This document shows positions 1 through 8,259 of a DNA stretch of 64,000 bases, one piece after another. Within the stretch, counting starts at the first letter, position 1. Each line of letters starts with the position of its first letter. The translations under genes and the position numbers were made by a program. Source of the DNA: Bacteroidaceae bacterium (GTDB taxonomy: Bacteria > Bacteroidota > Bacteroidia > Bacteroidales > Barnesiellaceae_A); the NCBI GenBank assembly GCA_017522135.1, contig JAFXAB010000001.1, forward strand, positions 1,043-65,042. The letters run 5' to 3'. The notes under the pieces are model-generated. The model was given only the letters and a program-made list of their open reading frames with translations. It had not been told where the DNA came from and did not search any database.

Positions 1-129
1 GACAAACTCATCAAATATGTATCCCATATATTCGCCCTTGCCTACGTTTACAGCATACTTACCCGGTAGGAAATTGGGTATTCCTTGTACTGTGTCAGCA
101 TCATATAGACAGAATGGAAAATCTTTCAT
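1..129 (-). CDS. Phage hypothetical protein, partial (MKDFPFCLYDADTV...)
   Basis: ATG at 129 overlaps the upstream stop (ATGA); frame stays open to the window edge. Confidence 0.55.
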   Translation of the reverse strand, partial: MKDFPFCLYDADTVQGIPNFLPGKYAVNVGKGEYMGYIFDEFV

Positions 130-359
130 AATCTTTCTCTCCTTGTTTTAAGTTCTTTTGTTTCGTGGTCGTATATAGCCATTATTTTGGCAGTACCACG
201 ATTTGGGTTATTTCTTATTTCTTCTATCAGAGTTCCTTTGGCATAGTTGATGGCAGCACTCTCGTCAAACTCTTGCCCCAACACATCATCTTCTCTGAAA
301 TCATCTTCGGTAACCCACATTGTTTTAGTTACCACTATGGATACTTTATAACTTTTCAT
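126..359 (-). CDS. Phage hypothetical protein
   Basis: 77-aa ORF coupled to both neighbours in the operon. Confidence 0.7.
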   Translation of the reverse strand: MKSYKVSIVVTKTMWVTEDDFREDDVLGQEFDESAAINYAKGTLIEEIRNNPNRGTAKIMAIYDHETKELKTRRERL

Positions 360-654
360 TTTCGGGATGTTCGTAAACTATTTTATCTACTTTGTTTCTA
401 TAAATCCAAGACCAATTTACGTGTAACCACAAGAGGTTAAACCGGCGAGAGAACTTGCAAAAGTCAAATGGTTTGTACCACCTATGCCAAAGCAGGGTCA
501 AACTTATACCAAATCGCTTTTTATAGGTTGATACGACCACTGTTCCCTTACGGCAATAGTACTTACACTTTTCAAAACTCCAATTCTCGAAACTAATGCC
601 ATCTAAATCTTGCGTTCTTACTTGGTACTCTCCGGGCATTCTGTTCTTTTTCAT
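346..654 (-). CDS. Phage hypothetical protein
   Basis: Likely start MKKNRMPG at 654 overlapping the methyltransferase stop (ATGA). Confidence 0.6.
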   Translation of the reverse strand: MKKNRMPGEYQVRTQDLDGISFENWSFEKCKYYCRKGTVVVSTYKKRFGISLTLLWHRWYKPFDFCKFSRRFNLLWLHVNWSWIYRNKVDKIVYEHPENEKL

Positions 655-1391
655 TTTGCACCTCCTTTCATAAAGCAAATCCAATGAGTGTTGGCACGTT
701 TGCCGGAGATATGCCCGAAGATTGGTTTTGCAGATGTGAGTTTGAGAATTTCCGTTACTTTGATGTCGGTCTCGTTCCATTTGAAGATGAGGAAGCCGCC
801 CGGCTTCAGTACTCGGAAGCATTCTGCAAATCCCTTGGCCAACAAATCACGCCAATCGGAGTATAATGCGCCATACTTGATGTGCTGCCACCCCGTAGGT
901 TTGGTTTTCTCGGACAGGCAACCGTACATATCAGCCATTTTTGATTTCTTTCCACGAGAGTGTACCAAGTGTGGAGGGTCGAACACGACCATAGCAAAGC
1001 TGTCGTCCGGGTAAGGCATATTGGTAAAGTCTGCCTGTACATCGGGTTTGACTTCAAAATGTCGCCCATCACAGAGGGTTGTTTCCACGTCTCTGATGTC
1101 TTGGAACAATACACGAGGGTCGTGTTTGTCGAAATAGAACATCTTGCCGCCACAGCAGGCATCGAGGATTGGTTGCTCTCCTAAATACGTAGGGGCTTCT
1201 GCCCACTGACGTACTGAATGACCGTGCGGAATATCCACCCATTCGCCAAATTCGTTTTTCCAAGCCAATTGAGTGTAGAAGTGGCAGCACCCATCATCGA
1301 CAAGAACATATACGATTTTGCCGTAAGGTGCATCGAATACAGATTTCCACTCTATGCGTGGGAACTGTCGGATTTTATCAAGCATACGCAT
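651..1391 (-). CDS. Phage SAM-dependent amino-type DNA methyltransferase with DUF551-like N-terminal domain
   Basis: SAM-binding ILDACCG motif, catalytic-type VFDPPH motif, ECFRVLKPGG; N-terminus resembles DUF551 (W..V..VLV..W..W..P). Confidence 0.8.
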   Translation of the reverse strand: MRMLDKIRQFPRIEWKSVFDAPYGKIVYVLVDDGCCHFYTQLAWKNEFGEWVDIPHGHSVRQWAEAPTYLGEQPILDACCGGKMFYFDKHDPRVLFQDIRDVETTLCDGRHFEVKPDVQADFTNMPYPDDSFAMVVFDPPHLVHSRGKKSKMADMYGCLSEKTKPTGWQHIKYGALYSDWRDLLAKGFAECFRVLKPGGFLIFKWNETDIKVTEILKLTSAKPIFGHISGKRANTHWICFMKGGAK

Positions 1392-1394
1392 AAC

Positions 1395-1742
1395 TTATTG
1401 TTTTAATAGTTCGGGGTTGTCGTGGATGTTGCCGATGACCTCTACATCTAAAAGCCTATTTTCACTGTGTATTGCAGGAGTAAGGTCAAAGCCTGCAAAT
1501 CCACCACCTGCGCAATAACTCACCTCGTTGATGCTATCTGGGTTATCGTAGCGATATATGTCTCCCTCATAGATTTCCTTTCCGTTCTTGTCAAGTAATC
1601 CTGTGAACTGACCTGCGGTTTCGTTTTCAATGAATATACTAAAACAGCCTTTGCGAATTAGCAAATCATCATCATTATGTATTAGGTCGCCTATATGCCA
1701 CATCCCTGCAAAATCACGCCCTCTAAACTTAATCGTTCTCAT
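1395..1742 (-). CDS. YopX family protein
   Basis: MRTIKFRG start, GQFTGLLDKNGKEIYEGDI and EVIGNIHDNPELL signatures. Confidence 0.93.
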   Translation of the reverse strand: MRTIKFRGRDFAGMWHIGDLIHNDDDLLIRKGCFSIFIENETAGQFTGLLDKNGKEIYEGDIYRYDNPDSINEVSYCAGGGFAGFDLTPAIHSENRLLDVEVIGNIHDNPELLKQ

Positions 1743-2073
1743 CGTTACCTCCTTTCAGCAGTCTTTCGTTCATTTGCTTGATTTCCTTTTTCAAGTGCCG
1801 AACGTGGTTTTTGAGAACTCGGAGAGCAGCAGGATAACTTATGTGATACACTCTTGCCCCTTTGTCAGCAAACTTCCCATTCTCAAAATACGGAATGTTG
1901 ATTTCTATACTTCCGTGTGTTTGATAACTCTTTGGAATTATGTCGGGAACTCTCTCACCTTGCGACTTTACAAATTCTTCCAAGTCTTTTATGATGCTCT
2001 CTGATGTTTCGACCTGTGCGTACAAGTTGTATAATTGTCTGCAATCTTCTTTAGTTATTTCTTTCGCTGCCAT
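1729..2073 (-). CDS. Phage hypothetical protein
   Basis: 114-aa ORF overlapping the yopX start. Confidence 0.7.
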   Translation of the reverse strand: MAAKEITKEDCRQLYNLYAQVETSESIIKDLEEFVKSQGERVPDIIPKSYQTHGSIEINIPYFENGKFADKGARVYHISYPAALRVLKNHVRHLKKEIKQMNERLLKGGNDEND

Positions 2074-2128
2074 ATTGATACAGTTTGTTTGTTATGGAGG
2101 GCGGACGTGCCACCCTCCGTTATTAGTT

Positions 2129-2482
2129 CTACTCAATATCTCGTGGAGTGTCTATCCAATTCTGCACGTCCCAATCGCCAACAACGTTGAGGTTTTCTGC
2201 ACTCTCAATAGTTTGCTTTCTCTTGTCGGACAACAGGTAGTTTCCAAAGTCAATGAGTTCTGCAACCGTAAATTTGGCTTCATCAGAAATCTCAATCGGA
2301 CTGTACGCCTCCTCAAACACATTCTTTGGAGACCAACTTTCGTAACCGTCTGCATAGACAACACGGTATCCCTCACGCCACTCGTGGTTGTCGGTGTTAG
2401 GTCTTGCAACGCCTTTCTGCACTGCATCATACTCGTTCATCGGCTCTGCCGACACGACTTTTGTTCCTTTGTACTTTTTCAT
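2129..2482 (-). CDS. Phage protein with YxGTK...DGYESWSPK..FEEAY domain
   Basis: Conserved phage motif MKKYKGTKVVSAEPM...GYRVVYADGYESWSPKNVFEEAY; ATG at 2482. Confidence 0.8.
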   Translation of the reverse strand: MKKYKGTKVVSAEPMNEYDAVQKGVARPNTDNHEWREGYRVVYADGYESWSPKNVFEEAYSPIEISDEAKFTVAELIDFGNYLLSDKRKQTIESAENLNVVGDWDVQNWIDTPRDIE

Positions 2483-2505
2483 TGTTATAGAATATTTGTT
2501 TGTTA

Positions 2506-2544
2506 GAAAAATGGCAGTGCGGAGGCAGCAGCCCCCACACTGCC
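2506..2544 (-). terminator. Rho-independent terminator after the DGR-target-like gene
   Basis: Minus strand GGCAGTGTGGGGGC-TGCT-GCCTCCGCACTGCC then ATTTTT; the mismatches are G-U wobbles only on the minus strand. Confidence 0.7.
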
Positions 2545-2550
2545 CCTGCA

Positions 2551-3138
2551 TTATCCCTTTGTTTCCTCCGACTTTGGTTTGAAACAGAAGTCGGCATAAA
2601 TCTCGGCGAACTGCCTACCTGCGTAGGCTGCGAGTTTTTCGCTTTTGAAGGCGAGCCGAGAGCCGAAGTTCGTGTACGAGTACGAAGACGCGTCATTCGC
2701 GCCCGCATAAACGAGACCGCAGCTCGCAACCGCACTGTTACCGCCACGACCAACCACACGGCTTTTATCCTTGTCCGACAGTTTGTCGTACTGCTCTTTG
2801 GTGATTAGGTCGTACCAAAAATACCAACGGCGTTCGCCCTTTGTGAATTGAGGCTCCCAACCCTCGTTAAGAGCTGCGGTGATGATGCGGAGTTGGAGGT
2901 ATGCAATCAAATCGTCGCTGTCGGTTGTTACATTGTGCCAATCATCGTACAGCATTTTAGCCTTGTTGTCGCCGTTGGCTGCTCTAACTTCCAACTCGTC
3001 CAAAGCGTCCTCAAACGTCTTGATACGCTCGGTTACGTCCTGTGGCTTTTCATCTACGAGGGTAAGCACACCATCTACCCATTTTACAACTTTCCCTACC
3101 GGGATTTCGATTTCCACTTTCTTTGTCTTGTTTTCCAT
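2551..3138 (-). CDS. Phage protein carrying a DGR variable-repeat-like segment
   Basis: IKTFEDA / ALNEGWEP motifs followed by SRVVGRGGNSAVASCGLVYAGANDASSYSYTNFGSRLAF; likely start MENKTK at 3138. Confidence 0.8.
   Translation of the reverse strand: MENKTKKVEIEIPVGKVVKWVDGVLTLVDEKPQDVTERIKTFEDALDELEVRAANGDNKAKMLYDDWHNVTTDSDDLIAYLQLRIITAALNEGWEPQFTKGERRWYFWYDLITKEQYDKLSDKDKSRVVGRGGNSAVASCGLVYAGANDASSYSYTNFGSRLAFKSEKLAAYAGRQFAEIYADFCFKPKSEETKG
2647..2763 (-). repeat. Putative DGR variable repeat (VR)
   Basis: 39 consecutive codons with no A at the third position; A-free scaffold codons alternate with NNY codons; ends in GSRLAF. Confidence 0.7.
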
Positions 3139-3197
3139 ACTGTTGTTGTTTTTAATTGGTTTGATAAAACTTTTGATAATGATTAAATGTCTCATTG

Positions 3198-3365
3198 CTA
3201 TTTGTTTTTTGGTTCAAAGTCTGGGCACTCTTTCAACTTCTCCTTGTATGCAGGTGGTATCCACCACAAAGGCATATCGGGAGGGTCGGGTAAGTATCGT
3301 TTACACTTATTACGAATGGGGCAGGTAACGCCCGAACAATATGCATAGTCTGTGTTCATACTCAT
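3198..3365 (-). CDS. Small Cys-rich phage protein
   Basis: YCSGVTCPIRNKCKRY...CPDF pattern; likely start at MSMNTD. Confidence 0.65.
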   Translation of the reverse strand: MSMNTDYAYCSGVTCPIRNKCKRYLPDPPDMPLWWIPPAYKEKLKECPDFEPKNK

Positions 3366-3366
3366 T

Positions 3367-4098
3367 TCATTTGTTTGTTGGTTTTCTGAATGATTGCTCC
3401 GCACCGAAATTGATGATGTGCATCATTTCACGGAAGCGGTCGGCAATACGTTCATCGTAATAGGTTGCTATCTCTGCTGCTGAAAGATTGGAAGATACCA
3501 ACGTGCAGAACTGCTCTTCGTAGCGGAAAGAGATAATATCCATTGCCGCAGTTACAAAGTCGCCGTAGTGTATGCTTTCCTTTGGCTCTTGCCCGAGGTC
3601 GTCAATGGCAAGTATCTCAATGGTGCGTAGCCTCTTGAACTTGTACACATCGCTTTCGTTCTCACGTGTGGGGTTGTTGTATGCTTTGGCAAGCAATACG
3701 AGTTCCTTTGCCGTGATGAATATGTAGCCACGTACCGGGTATTCGTCCTGTCGGCTACTCCAAGCCTCATCGGAGCGTAGCAATCCTGTGAGGTTTTGCA
3801 AAGCACGGAGAATGGTTGTCTTCCCATTTCCTGCACCGCCACAGAGGAACAGCCCGAATGTAGAGTCTTGCGATGTGAGCCACTTGGCAATGTCCCACAG
3901 GTGCTGTTTGTACTCTTGCGTTTCGATAAATACACGATGACGACTTGCGACCTCGGCTTTACACGCTGTATAGAGCATTGCATATACCTGTTGAGGTGTG
4001 TATGGCAGTCTAAAACGTGTCGCCGTACGTTTTCGGCTCATCAGGTGAGAGAACATTTCCTCTACGTTGATTTCGTCCTTTGGATTTAGAGTTATCAT
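3367..4098 (-). CDS. DnaC/IstB-like ATPase (helicase loader)
   Basis: Walker A GGAGNGKTT, Walker B LAIDDLG, SSNL...YDERIADRFREM; lies directly after the initiator. Confidence 0.88.
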   Translation of the reverse strand: MITLNPKDEINVEEMFSHLMSRKRTATRFRLPYTPQQVYAMLYTACKAEVASRHRVFIETQEYKQHLWDIAKWLTSQDSTFGLFLCGGAGNGKTTILRALQNLTGLLRSDEAWSSRQDEYPVRGYIFITAKELVLLAKAYNNPTRENESDVYKFKRLRTIEILAIDDLGQEPKESIHYGDFVTAAMDIISFRYEEQFCTLVSSNLSAAEIATYYDERIADRFREMMHIINFGAEQSFRKPTNK

Positions 4099-4807
4099 CT
4101 TTCTCTGTTTTTTTTCTATTCACTATGCGTAACCACGAATTGAAGTGCTGTTTTGCATCTGCCAATGATTGGTGTCCTCGCTCTTTGCCGTCTGCCACAC
4201 ACTGTACCCGAAAATCATCAAGGCTGTTCCGTAGCAGCTCTATTTTCATTGAGTGGAGTACCTGTAATTGGTCGAGCCAACATTCATCTGCTTTCAGTTT
4301 CTCAATCTCTTGGTCAAGCGTTAGCGAATATGGTTCGTAACGTGGTGGTGTGTCTTGTTTATCAGTCTCTTTTTTCGGTTGATTGTTTGCCTGCCTATGA
4401 TTACGTGGTTGTCTTGGGGCTTGCTGTGCAAGCAGACTGTAATCTGTGATTTTACACACTCGGCGGCATTGAATACATATACGACTGTATCTCTCTTGAA
4501 TACCCTTTGATGTAAGCACTCCCTCCGCATCGAACAAATCCTTTGAAAACAACCCGAGTGACAGGCAGGTCTTTATAACCTCCAATACATACGCCTCGTC
4601 AAAGCCCGTCAGTTCCGAGCAGATGAAAGGCAACTCTTCGTCCCACTCAATGTAATACCCATTCTTGTAGATGTTACAGAGCAGCAGAGCATATATCGAA
4701 ATGGCTTTACCACCTTGATACTTGATTAGTTTCCTTATCTTTATGTCGCTGAAAATATCTATATCCATCGGAAAGTATTCCAGCCCTTTTTTTGAAGTTC
4801 GTGCCAT
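4010..4807 (-). CDS. DUF4373 (Lin1244/Lin1753-like) phage replication initiator
   Basis: MAR..KKGLEYFPMD...IYKNGYYIEW...LTSKGIQERY N-terminal domain. Confidence 0.85.
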   Translation of the reverse strand: MARTSKKGLEYFPMDIDIFSDIKIRKLIKYQGGKAISIYALLLCNIYKNGYYIEWDEELPFICSELTGFDEAYVLEVIKTCLSLGLFSKDLFDAEGVLTSKGIQERYSRICIQCRRVCKITDYSLLAQQAPRQPRNHRQANNQPKKETDKQDTPPRYEPYSLTLDQEIEKLKADECWLDQLQVLHSMKIELLRNSLDDFRVQCVADGKERGHQSLADAKQHFNSWLRIVNRKKTEKDDNSKSKGRNQRRGNVLSPDEPKTYGDTF

Positions 4808-4813
4808 AGAGAG

Positions 4814-5272
4814 TTAATCGTTTTTCAAATAATCGTCCACCTCACGTTTGAAATCGTCAAAGGAACGACACACCACATATTTGTACTCGCTGTCAGCACA
4901 GACGATGTTCTGCCATTGCTTTTGGCTGTCTCGCTGTCTGCCTTTGAGAGTTTTCATTTCAATGAGCAAAGCACCGTAGTCCCGGTTGCTTTTCAATAGG
5001 ATGAGGTCTGCCACCCCTGCCACAACTCCCTCGGCTTTCAGTTTTGCCGCCGTAGTAGCATCACGCCTGCCACCATTAGGAACGGCGAACAGTCTGCCGT
5101 GAAGCCTGGGATATTGGAGGGAGAACCACCGCACACACGCACATTGTATGCGGTGTTCCTCATCCTTGTGTACCTTTCGAGTTTTGACAGCGTTCTTTTT
5201 AGCCATCAACTCATCGAAAGTCATTCTATTCGCTGACATTGCTTCAGCGATTGTTACTTTACTTTTCGTCAT
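4814..5272 (-). CDS. VRR-NUC domain nuclease
   Basis: EHRIQ..FAVPNGG.R..LKAEGVVAGVADL..IEMKT..Q..SQ. Confidence 0.9.
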   Translation of the reverse strand: MTKSKVTIAEAMSANRMTFDELMAKKNAVKTRKVHKDEEHRIQCACVRWFSLQYPRLHGRLFAVPNGGRRDATTAAKLKAEGVVAGVADLILLKSNRDYGALLIEMKTLKGRQRDSQKQWQNIVCADSEYKYVVCRSFDDFKREVDDYLKND

Positions 5273-5705
5273 ACTTTGCAGGGTAATAATCCAATATCTG
5301 TGTCTCGACAATGGAAACTATTTCGTAATCTGCCATTGTTCCTTTCATACCCTCAATGAAGCGGTCGTATGCGTTCTTGAAGTCCGAAGCCTGTACGAGA
5401 ATGAAACTGTTGGTCTTTTTCTCGGCTCCGCTCTTTTCGTCAAGGGTGATGAAAGAAACCTTTATTTTGTAGTAGCGGTCTGCCGACACATCTTCGGAGA
5501 GCATCAGTTCTGAAATACGAGGCTTGACGATTTGGGGAATGCTAAACTCGCCACTGATGTAGGGTTTCAGTTCCTCGATAGTTCTTGCCTCTGCCTCTGT
5601 GAACGAGAGCGCATCAAAAAGATACTGTTCGCTTACTGTCTTGTTGAGTCCGTTTTCCATTGTCTTTTCGTAGCGGACTGTCGAAAGGAAATAGTTTACC
5701 ATCAT
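5259..5705 (-). CDS. DUF4494 family protein
   Basis: VRYEKTMENG..YLFDALSFTEAE..DEKSGAEK..MKGTMADYEI..ETQILD. Confidence 0.9.
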   Translation of the reverse strand: MMVNYFLSTVRYEKTMENGLNKTVSEQYLFDALSFTEAEARTIEELKPYISGEFSIPQIVKPRISELMLSEDVSADRYYKIKVSFITLDEKSGAEKKTNSFILVQASDFKNAYDRFIEGMKGTMADYEIVSIVETQILDYYPAKYDEK

Positions 5706-5983
5706 TCTTTCAAGTTCATACGGTTTTTCAATTCTTTGCTTAACACGAGTTTGGCGGTGCTCTGTGCCGGAATGCTGACAACAGTACCCTTGCTGATGTT
5801 GCGAGCCTTTTTAGGGGCTGTGGTAACTGCCTTGATTGTTGCAAAGCCACGAATGAACACACTCTCACCCTTTACGAGTGAACTGCTGATAGCCTCTACC
5901 ACGCTTTCGGTGGCGGCGATTGCCTGCGAACGACTTAAAGTCGTGTTGTTGATTACGTAATCAACGATGTCATTTTTCTTCAT
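5702..5983 (-). CDS. HU family DNA-binding protein (phage-encoded)
   Basis: IRGFAT..KKARNISKGT..IPA HU/IHF signature. Confidence 0.9.
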   Translation of the reverse strand: MKKNDIVDYVINNTTLSRSQAIAATESVVEAISSSLVKGESVFIRGFATIKAVTTAPKKARNISKGTVVSIPAQSTAKLVLSKELKNRMNLKE

Positions 5984-6149
5984 TTTGAACTGAATTAAAG
6001 GTGAATAATTTCTTTTCTAACTTCTTTATCATTTGTCGTATAACCCACGCACGACAGTTGTTGCGTTGTCCGGGCAGGGTGTTATATACTTTGGCAGCAT
6101 CATCGAAATACTTGATAATCTTCTGCACGTCTGTTTTGCATATATCCAT
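5970..6149 (-). CDS. Small phage hypothetical protein (59 aa, MDICKTDVQKIIKYFDDAA...), below the ORF-track cutoff
   Basis: Hand-translated; start coupled to the helicase stop (TAATG) and fills the gap to HU. Confidence 0.65.
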   Translation of the reverse strand: MDICKTDVQKIIKYFDDAAKVYNTLPGQRNNCRAWVIRQMIKKLEKKLFTFNSVQNEEK

Positions 6150-7585
6150 TATCCCGATGTGTTGAGGAAGAGATTAACCAACTCATCGAAGTACATTTCA
6201 TCGGTTGGTATATCATCGTCCGAGTTCATTATTTCACTCGCAATAGATTTCTTGCGATGTATGAGGTTGTAAATGGTGTGGTCGATTGTGCCACGTCCGA
6301 GCAGGTAGTAACAGGTTACGTTGTCTTTCTGACCTATGCGGTGCGCTCTGTCCTCACATTGGCAGCAGTCGGCATACGTCCAAGCCAATTCAATGAATGC
6401 CACGTTTGATGAGGCTGTAAGTGTCAGCCCCACTCCGGCAGCTTTGATTGAGCAGATGATGAGGTTTACATCGGGGTTGTTCTGGAACGCATCGACAGAT
6501 GCCTGTTTGTTTACCATACTATCACGTCCTGTAACCGTTACCGCACGAGGGAACACCTTTTGCAGTTCGTCCACAATCTCGTGAAGCGAGCAGAACACGA
6601 TGAGTTTCTTTCCGCTGTCGAGGAATGTGCGAATGAAGTCCACTGCCTGCGCTATCTTGCCTTTGGTGGCCAAGGAACGCAACGTCATAAAGCGAACAAG
6701 TGCTTCCATACGCATTTTGCGGCGTATCTCCCAATCGGTACACTCGGTGTACTCCTGCAAGTATGCGGCAAGGTCGGCGGCAGCAAGGTTGTATTCCTTA
6801 TCATTGGAAATCTCCACGTACAAGTCCACTCGTGTTTTGTCGGGCAACTGCGGCAGCACCTTTGCTTTCTCTCGGCGTATCATACAGGTATCGTATAACT
6901 GCTTTGAAAGAACAGACAGAGGTACGGCAGGAACGGCGGTCTTGTCTTTGGGGTCGGTGCAGTAGTCTGCCATAAACTTGGCACGTCCTCCAAACTCGCC
7001 TATGCGGTCCAATATGGAGAGTTGGGTGATTAAATCTTCGGGGCGATTGACAACAGGTGTACCCGACAGGAGTATGCGGTATTCCTTGCCAACGGACAAA
7101 CCTTTTGTGAAGATTGTCTGCTGTGCGGAGGGGTCTTTTACACGGTGGCTCTCATCTATGATGATTGATTTGAACTGCTGCATCTGCGGACAGAACACAA
7201 CGTCTTTCAGTCGGAACTGCTTGCCGCCCTTGATGTCCCACACGAAGTATTTGCGCAGGCTCTCATAATTGACAATGGCGACCTGATGCACGCCCATTGA
7301 GAGGAGATAACCCCACGTGGTGCGGACGTTATTGTCAAGCACAAGTGCGCTCTTATCGGTGAATTTCTCGAACTCACGTTGCCAATTGATTTTGAGCGAG
7401 GACGGACAGATAACGAGGCAGGGGTATGCTCTTGCTGTATCGACTATGCCAATGCTCTGCAATGTCTTGCCCAATCCCGGCTCATCGCCGATGATAATGC
7501 GCTTATGCTCCAACCCGAAGCAGATGCCCTCACGTTGGTATTCGTAAGGCTCGACACGCAGATTATGTTTCAGTATATTGTTCAT
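6149..7585 (-). CDS. SNF2-family (SMARCAL1/HARP-like) helicase
   Basis: GDEPGLGKT, IIDESH, LSGTP, GVGLTLT, QCEDRAHRIGQ. Confidence 0.93.
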   Translation of the reverse strand: MNNILKHNLRVEPYEYQREGICFGLEHKRIIIGDEPGLGKTLQSIGIVDTARAYPCLVICPSSLKINWQREFEKFTDKSALVLDNNVRTTWGYLLSMGVHQVAIVNYESLRKYFVWDIKGGKQFRLKDVVFCPQMQQFKSIIIDESHRVKDPSAQQTIFTKGLSVGKEYRILLSGTPVVNRPEDLITQLSILDRIGEFGGRAKFMADYCTDPKDKTAVPAVPLSVLSKQLYDTCMIRREKAKVLPQLPDKTRVDLYVEISNDKEYNLAAADLAAYLQEYTECTDWEIRRKMRMEALVRFMTLRSLATKGKIAQAVDFIRTFLDSGKKLIVFCSLHEIVDELQKVFPRAVTVTGRDSMVNKQASVDAFQNNPDVNLIICSIKAAGVGLTLTASSNVAFIELAWTYADCCQCEDRAHRIGQKDNVTCYYLLGRGTIDHTIYNLIHRKKSIASEIMNSDDDIPTDEMYFDELVNLFLNTSG

Positions 7586-8022
7586 TACTTAAAGTTCTCT
7601 ATCTCTGTGATTAAATCTTTTTTATCTATCCCTTTGAGGTACTTGTATAGCACAAGGTCGATGCACTGATTGTAGAAGCGTTCAAACTCGTGTTGTTCCA
7701 TTGCCGAGAATGATATGCTTTGGTATTCTATCTCCTTTTCGCCTCGTTCGTTGAGGCTTGTTTTGAAGTAGCCCAAGTCTCGCTTGAAGCGGCGCAGCAT
7801 ATCTTCCTCATTGTGGACTTTGAAATATTCTGCAAGGTTGGACGGCAGGTTGTCAAACGTGATGCGCACCAATGCAAAGAACTTCTTGTGATGTTCGTAG
7901 TTGCGAGGGTTGCTAACCTTGCACTTGACAACAGAGCCGACACGTAGCCGTTTCTTCAAGTCGTAGTCGCTATCATAGAGCGGCACAAGACCGTGAGCCG
8001 TTACCTTGCAGAATATATCCAT
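7585..8022 (-). CDS. DUF1367-like phage protein
   Basis: PRNYEHHKKFFAL...SISFSAMEQHEFERFY. Confidence 0.8.
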   Translation of the reverse strand: MDIFCKVTAHGLVPLYDSDYDLKKRLRVGSVVKCKVSNPRNYEHHKKFFALVRITFDNLPSNLAEYFKVHNEEDMLRRFKRDLGYFKTSLNERGEKEIEYQSISFSAMEQHEFERFYNQCIDLVLYKYLKGIDKKDLITEIENFK

Positions 8023-8027
8023 AGGGC

Positions 8028-8249
8028 TTATTTTAAGTCATCTGCTGATGCTATCGCAATAGCGATTAGCGCAATTCGTACTTCTACTGCGTCTGCTCCA
8101 AACTTCTTGAAGTCCATTGATATTGGAGCCTTTGTAAGTTCAGCCCAACGCTCATCTGTCAATTTTTCCCTCATCAACATCATTGTTCCGACTACTTCGT
8201 CTCTGTCAAACTCGACTTCGAGTTTCATTTTCTTGTTTTCTTCTGCCAT
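8028..8249 (-). CDS. Phage hypothetical protein
   Basis: 73-aa ORF fitting the operon. Confidence 0.65.
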   Translation of the reverse strand: MAEENKKMKLEVEFDRDEVVGTMMLMREKLTDERWAELTKAPISMDFKKFGADAVEVRIALIAIAIASADDLK

Positions 8250-8259
8250 AATTCTTTGA

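Noticed and set aside
4330-4430. Replication-origin iterons in the initiator linker
   Set aside because: Only short, weak repeats (cgtggt..gtcttg) were visible, not enough to call
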